Source: Escherichia coli (GTDB lineage: Bacteria; Pseudomonadota; Gammaproteobacteria; Enterobacterales; Enterobacteriaceae). Taken from it: a stretch of DNA of 64,000 nt. The stretch is from assembly GCF_024298765.1 (NCBI RefSeq), contig NZ_CP101210.1. The stretch is one strand, 5' to 3'. The position numbers and the translations under genes are program-made. Of this stretch, positions 59,561 through 64,000 are shown in pieces; position 1 is the first letter of the stretch; each line of letters begins with the position of its first letter. The notes below the pieces were generated by a model. The model ran no database searches and was not told where the DNA came from. It worked only from the letters and a program-made list of their open reading frames with translations.

Positions 59561-59574
59561 GTGAAACCGGTCAC
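59561..59574. promoter_or_regulatory. Candidate AscG operator 2 (GTGAAACCGGTCAC)
   Basis: Imperfect dyad related to the first site, 74 bp downstream. Confidence 0.45.
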
Positions 59575-59660
59575 CTGAATATTTTTCCCGCCGATTGCGC
59601 AAGGACAATCGGCAAACGGTGCAGTACACTGCGTTGATTACGTGTAAAGGGATGAAAATG

Positions 59661-60671
59661 ATGACGACGATGCTGGAAGTGGCGAAGCGCGCCGGGGTTT
59701 CAAAAGCGACCGTTTCCCGCGTGCTTTCAGGTAATGGCTACGTCAGCCAGGAGACTAAAGATCGCGTGTTTCAGGCGGTAGAAGAGAGCGGTTACCGTCC
59801 AAACTTGCTGGCGCGCAATCTGTCGGCGAAGAGTACTCAGACGCTGGGGCTGGTCGTGACCAACACGCTTTACCATGGCATTTATTTTAGTGAATTACTG
59901 TTTCATGCCGCGCGAATGGCGGAAGAGAAAGGGCGACAGTTGCTATTGGCAGATGGTAAACATAGCGCCGAAGAAGAGCGCCAGGCGATTCAGTATCTGC
60001 TGGATTTGCGCTGCGACGCCATCATGATTTACCCGCGCTTTTTAAGCGTGGATGAGATTGATGACATCATTGACGCACACAGTCAGCCGATAATGGTGCT
60101 TAATCGCCGCCTGCGCAAAAACAGCAGCCATAGCGTCTGGTGCGATCATAAACAGACCAGCTTTAACGCCGTGGCAGAGTTGATAACCGCCGGACATCAG
60201 GAGATTGCTTTCCTTACCGGCTCGATGGATTCCCCCACCAGCATTGAACGTCTTGCCGGATATAAAGACGCGCTGGCGCAGCATGGTATTGCGTTCAATG
60301 AAAAACTTATCGCTAACGGTAAATGGACGCCTGCCTGCGGGGCCGAAGGGGTAGAAACGTTGCTCGAACGTGGGGCTAAATTTAGCGCGTTAGTTGCCAG
60401 TAACGACGATATGGCGATAGGTGCGATGAAAGCGTTGCACGAGCGCGGCGTAGCGGTGCCAGAGCAGGTGTCAGTTATCGGATTCGATGATATCGCTATT
60501 GCCCCCTACACCGTTCCGGCGCTCTCCAGCGTAAAAATTCCGGTGACTGAGATGATTCAGGAAATAATTGGGCGGCTGATATTTATGCTCGATGGTGGTG
60601 CTTACACACCGCCGAAAACCTTCAGCGGAAAACTGATCCGCCGCGACTCCCTCATTGCTCTTTCGCGATAA
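59661..60671 (+). CDS. ascG: LacI/GalR-family repressor AscG
   Basis: Track ORF 59595..60671; likely start at MTTMLEVAKRAGVSKATVSRV (336 aa); ATG codons at 59652/59658/59661 make the exact start uncertain. Confidence 0.85.
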   Translation: MTTMLEVAKRAGVSKATVSRVLSGNGYVSQETKDRVFQAVEESGYRPNLLARNLSAKSTQTLGLVVTNTLYHGIYFSELLFHAARMAEEKGRQLLLADGKHSAEEERQAIQYLLDLRCDAIMIYPRFLSVDEIDDIIDAHSQPIMVLNRRLRKNSSHSVWCDHKQTSFNAVAELITAGHQEIAFLTGSMDSPTSIERLAGYKDALAQHGIAFNEKLIANGKWTPACGAEGVETLLERGAKFSALVASNDDMAIGAMKALHERGVAVPEQVSVIGFDDIAIAPYTVPALSSVKIPVTEMIQEIIGRLIFMLDGGAYTPPKTFSGKLIRRDSLIALSR

Positions 60672-60684
60672 ACATTGTCATCAC

Positions 60685-60719
60685 ATGTCATCGTCACTAG
60701 TGTCGATGACATCGTTTTT
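60685..60719 (+). other. 9-bp perfect inverted repeat ATGTCATCG...CGATGACAT followed by T-run (putative ascG terminator and/or regulatory site for hydN)
   Basis: Inverted repeat with 10-nt spacer and downstream TTTTT read from the sequence; function inferred. Confidence 0.35.
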
Positions 60720-60819
60720 CCTGCATTACAGAATTTAATTTCTTTAAATAACAGTAAATTAAAAACTGGCATGATTTGTGAATGTATCGGCGCATTAACT
60801 GTCATTGCTGGAGAATTTG

Positions 60820-61347
60820 ATGAACCGTTTCATCATTGCTGACGCGAGTAAATGTATTGGTTGCCGTACCTGTGAAGTGGCGTGCGTGGTTTCTCATCAG
60901 GAAAATCAGGACTGTGCATCGCTGACCCCGGAAACTTTTTTACCGCGAATCCATGTCATTAAAGGTGTGAACATTTCCACGGCGACAGTTTGCCGTCAGT
61001 GTGAAGATGCACCGTGCGCTAACGTCTGTCCGAATGGTGCTATCAGTCGTGATAAAGGGTTTGTTCATGTGATGCAGGAACGTTGTATTGGTTGCAAAAC
61101 CTGCGTTGTGGCTTGCCCGTATGGCGCGATGGAAGTGGTGGTACGTCCGGTGATTCGCAACAGCGGCGCGGGGCTGAATGTACGGGCTGACAAAGCCGAA
61201 GCCAATAAATGCGACCTCTGTAACCATCGTGAAGACGGCCCGGCGTGTATGGCGGCTTGCCCGACCCATGCGCTGATTTGTGTCGATCGTAATAAACTTG
61301 AACAACTGAGTGCAGAAAAACGTCGCCGTACGGCGCTGATGTTCTAA
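60820..61347 (+). CDS. hydN: electron transport protein HydN (4Fe-4S ferredoxin-type)
   Basis: Track ORF 60805..61347; likely start ATG 60820 ([22 protein letters not shown]), 175 aa. Confidence 0.9.
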   Translation: MNRFIIADASKCIGCRTCEVACVVSHQENQDCASLTPETFLPRIHVIKGVNISTATVCRQCEDAPCANVCPNGAISRDKGFVHVMQERCIGCKTCVVACPYGAMEVVVRPVIRNSGAGLNVRADKAEANKCDLCNHREDGPACMAACPTHALICVDRNKLEQLSAEKRRRTALMF

Positions 61348-61499
61348 AAATCTTACTGAACTGTTCTGGCATCAAAGGAATTCCCGGAAATATTCGTAGA
61401 ATACGGAGCGGGCGGTATCGCCGACCTGTGATTGCCGGATACGACGCTGTCGTGTCCGGCAGGGCGGGTTACGCAATTCATGATGGCGGGAATAACTCA

Positions 61500-63752
61500 A
61501 TGGCAAAAAACACATCTTGCGGTGTCCAACTGCGTATTCGTGGCAAAGTGCAGGGCGTCGGTTTTCGTCCGTTTGTCTGGCAGCTAGCACAGCAATTAAA
61601 TCTTCACGGCGATGTCTGTAATGACGGCGATGGAGTGGAAGTCCGGCTGCTGGAAGACCCGGAAACGTTTCTTGTGCAGTTGCATCAGCACTGCCCGCCG
61701 CTGGCGCGTATTGATAGCGTCGAGCGTGAGCCGTTTATCTGGTCACAACTGCCCACCGAGTTCACTATACGCCAGAGCACAGGCGGCACCATGAATACGC
61801 AAATTGTTCCCGATGCCGCGACTTGCCCTGCCTGTCTTGCCGAAATGAATACCCCAGGCGAACGACGCTGGCGTTATCCGTTTATCAACTGTACTCACTG
61901 TGGTCCGCGTTTCACCATTATTCGCGCGATGCCTTACGACCGCCCGTTTACCGTGATGGCGGCGTTTCCGCTGTGTCCGGCCTGTGACAAAGAATATCGC
62001 GACCCGCTCGATCGTCGCTTCCACGCCCAGCCGGTGGCCTGCCCGGAGTGTGGCCCACATCTTGAATGGGTAAGTCATGGTGAACATGCAGAACAAGAGG
62101 CGGCATTACAGGCAGCTATCGCACAGTTAAAAATGGGCAACATTGTCGCCATCAAAGGGATTGGCGGATATCATCTTGCCTGCGATGCACGTAACAGTAA
62201 CGCGGTGGCGACACTGCGGGCGCGCAAACATCGCCCGGCGAAACCGCTGGCGGTTATGTTGCCAGTGGCAGAAGGTTTACCAGACGCTGCCCGTCAGTTG
62301 CTTACCACACCCGCCGCGCCGATTGTGCTGGTGGATAAAAAATACGTTCCTGAGCTTTGTGATGATATCGCCCCTGGCCTTAACGAAGTTGGGGTGATGT
62401 TGCCTGCGAACCCGCTCCAGCATTTGCTGTTACAGGAACTGCAATGCCCGCTGGTGATGACCTCCGGCAACCTGAGCGGTAAACCACCGGCTATCAGCAA
62501 CGAACAGGCGCTGGCGGATTTGCAGGGCATTGCCGACGGATTCTTGATACATAACCGCGACATCGTGCAGCGGATGGATGATTCGGTGGTGCGCGAAAGC
62601 GGCGAAATGCTGCGCCGTTCGCGGGGGTATGTGCCGGATGCGCTGGCTTTGCCTCCGGGCTTTAAAAATGTTCCGCCTGTGCTGTGTCTCGGCGCGGATC
62701 TGAAAAATACCTTCTGCCTGGTGCGCGGTGAACAAGCGGTGTTGAGCCAGCATCTGGGCGATTTAAGTGACGATGGCATCCAGATGCAGTGGCGCGAAGC
62801 GTTACGCCTGATGCAAAACATCTACGATTTCACTCCGCAATACGTTGTGCATGACGCGCATCCGGGCTATGTCTCCAGCCAGTGGGCGCGCGAAATGAAT
62901 CTGCCGACGCAAACGGTGCTGCATCATCATGCTCATGCGGCGGCGTGTCTGGCAGAACATCACTGGCCGCTGGATGGCGGTGATGTCATTGCGTTGACGC
63001 TCGACGGTATCGGTATGGGGGAGAACGGCGCTTTATGGGGCGGCGAGTGCCTGCGGGTGAACTATCGCGAATGCCAGCACCTGGGCGGCTTGCCAGCGGT
63101 GGCGCTTGCTGGTGGCGATTTGGCGGCGAAGCAGCCGTGGCGTAACCTGCTGGCGCAGTGCCTGCGCTTTGTGCCGGAGTGGCAGAATTACCCTGAAACG
63201 GCAAGTGTGCAACAGCAAAACTGGAGCGTGCTGGCGCGGGCCATTGAGCGTGGAATTAACGCGCCGCTGGCGTCATCGTGTGGGCGTTTGTTCGATGCTG
63301 TGGCGGCGGGACTGGGCTGTGCGCCAGCCACGTTAAGTTATGAAGGTGAAGCGGCTTGTGCGCTGGAGGCGCTGGCGGCTTCGTGCCACGGCGTGACGCA
63401 TCCGGTGACGATGCCGCTGGTGGACAATCAACTGGATCTCGCCACTTTCTGGCAGCAGTGGCTGAGCTGGCAGGCTCCGGTTAATCAACGCGCGTGGGCG
63501 TTTCATGATGCGCTGGCGCAGGGTTTTGCCGCGTTGATGCGTGAGCAGGCCACGATGCGGGGTATCACTACGCTGGTATTTAGCGGCGGAGTTATTCATA
63601 ACCGTTTGCTGCGTGCACGTCTGGCGCATTATCTTGCTGATTTTACGTTGCTCTTCCCGCAGAGTTTACCGGCGGGCGATGGTGGATTGTCTCTGGGGCA
63701 GGGGGTTATTGCTGCGGCGCGCTGGTTAGCGGGTGAAGTCCAGAACGGATAA
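61500..63752 (+). CDS. hypF: carbamoyltransferase HypF (hydrogenase maturation)
   Basis: Track ORF 61428..63752; likely start ATG 61500 ([24 protein letters not shown]), 750 aa; acylphosphatase, zinc-finger CxxC pairs, YrdC and Kae1-like regions. Confidence 0.9.
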   Translation: MAKNTSCGVQLRIRGKVQGVGFRPFVWQLAQQLNLHGDVCNDGDGVEVRLLEDPETFLVQLHQHCPPLARIDSVEREPFIWSQLPTEFTIRQSTGGTMNTQIVPDAATCPACLAEMNTPGERRWRYPFINCTHCGPRFTIIRAMPYDRPFTVMAAFPLCPACDKEYRDPLDRRFHAQPVACPECGPHLEWVSHGEHAEQEAALQAAIAQLKMGNIVAIKGIGGYHLACDARNSNAVATLRARKHRPAKPLAVMLPVAEGLPDAARQLLTTPAAPIVLVDKKYVPELCDDIAPGLNEVGVMLPANPLQHLLLQELQCPLVMTSGNLSGKPPAISNEQALADLQGIADGFLIHNRDIVQRMDDSVVRESGEMLRRSRGYVPDALALPPGFKNVPPVLCLGADLKNTFCLVRGEQAVLSQHLGDLSDDGIQMQWREALRLMQNIYDFTPQYVVHDAHPGYVSSQWAREMNLPTQTVLHHHAHAAACLAEHHWPLDGGDVIALTLDGIGMGENGALWGGECLRVNYRECQHLGGLPAVALAGGDLAAKQPWRNLLAQCLRFVPEWQNYPETASVQQQNWSVLARAIERGINAPLASSCGRLFDAVAAGLGCAPATLSYEGEAACALEALAASCHGVTHPVTMPLVDNQLDLATFWQQWLSWQAPVNQRAWAFHDALAQGFAALMREQATMRGITTLVFSGGVIHNRLLRARLAHYLADFTLLFPQSLPAGDGGLSLGQGVIAAARWLAGEVQNG

Positions 63753-63776
63753 AGCGTGTTGCATTTGGACACCATT

Positions 63777-63960
<184 letters not shown>

Positions 63961-64000
63961 GGCACTGTAGCTCGCCTACACCGGCAACGTTTTCAACAAT

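Overview
This window looks like a core chromosomal segment of a non-K-12 Escherichia coli (or Shigella) lineage, in the order ygcPON–queD–cysJIH–[hok/sok-like module]–cas3-casABCDE-cas1-cas2–CRISPR array–iap–cysDNC–ygbE–ftsB–ispDF–truD–surE–pcm–nlpD–rpoS–[hosA-ecdBCD]–ygbNMLKJ/ygbI–pphB–mutS–ygbA–[mop-like]–fhlA–hypEDCBA/hycABCDEFGHI–ascBF/ascG–hydN-hypF. All calls rest on reading the supplied ORF track and recognising the proteins from memory; no database search was run. The one defence system present is a complete, apparently intact type I-E CRISPR-Cas locus with a 22-repeat array (21 spacers) whose repeat is the GTGTTCCCC... variant rather than what I recall as the K-12 GAGTTCCCC... form. 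This is a well-described system type, not a novel one; I found no large unexplained ORF or unannotated gene cluster that would suggest an undescribed system. The points most worth a second look are (1) an intact hok-family toxin ORF with a predicted sok-like antisense RNA between cysH and cas3, (2) the CRISPR spacer content, including one spacer carrying an 11-nt copy of the repeat core, (3) the hosA-ecdBCD module next to rpoS with a perfect 14-bp palindrome at the ecdB promoter, and (4) a tandem-TOBE (Mop-like) gene between fhlA and ygbA that I do not recall from K-12. Several ORF-track entries are N-terminally over-extended (alternative in-frame starts); I give the starts I consider most likely. 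REP/BIME palindromes sit at several convergent gene junctions.
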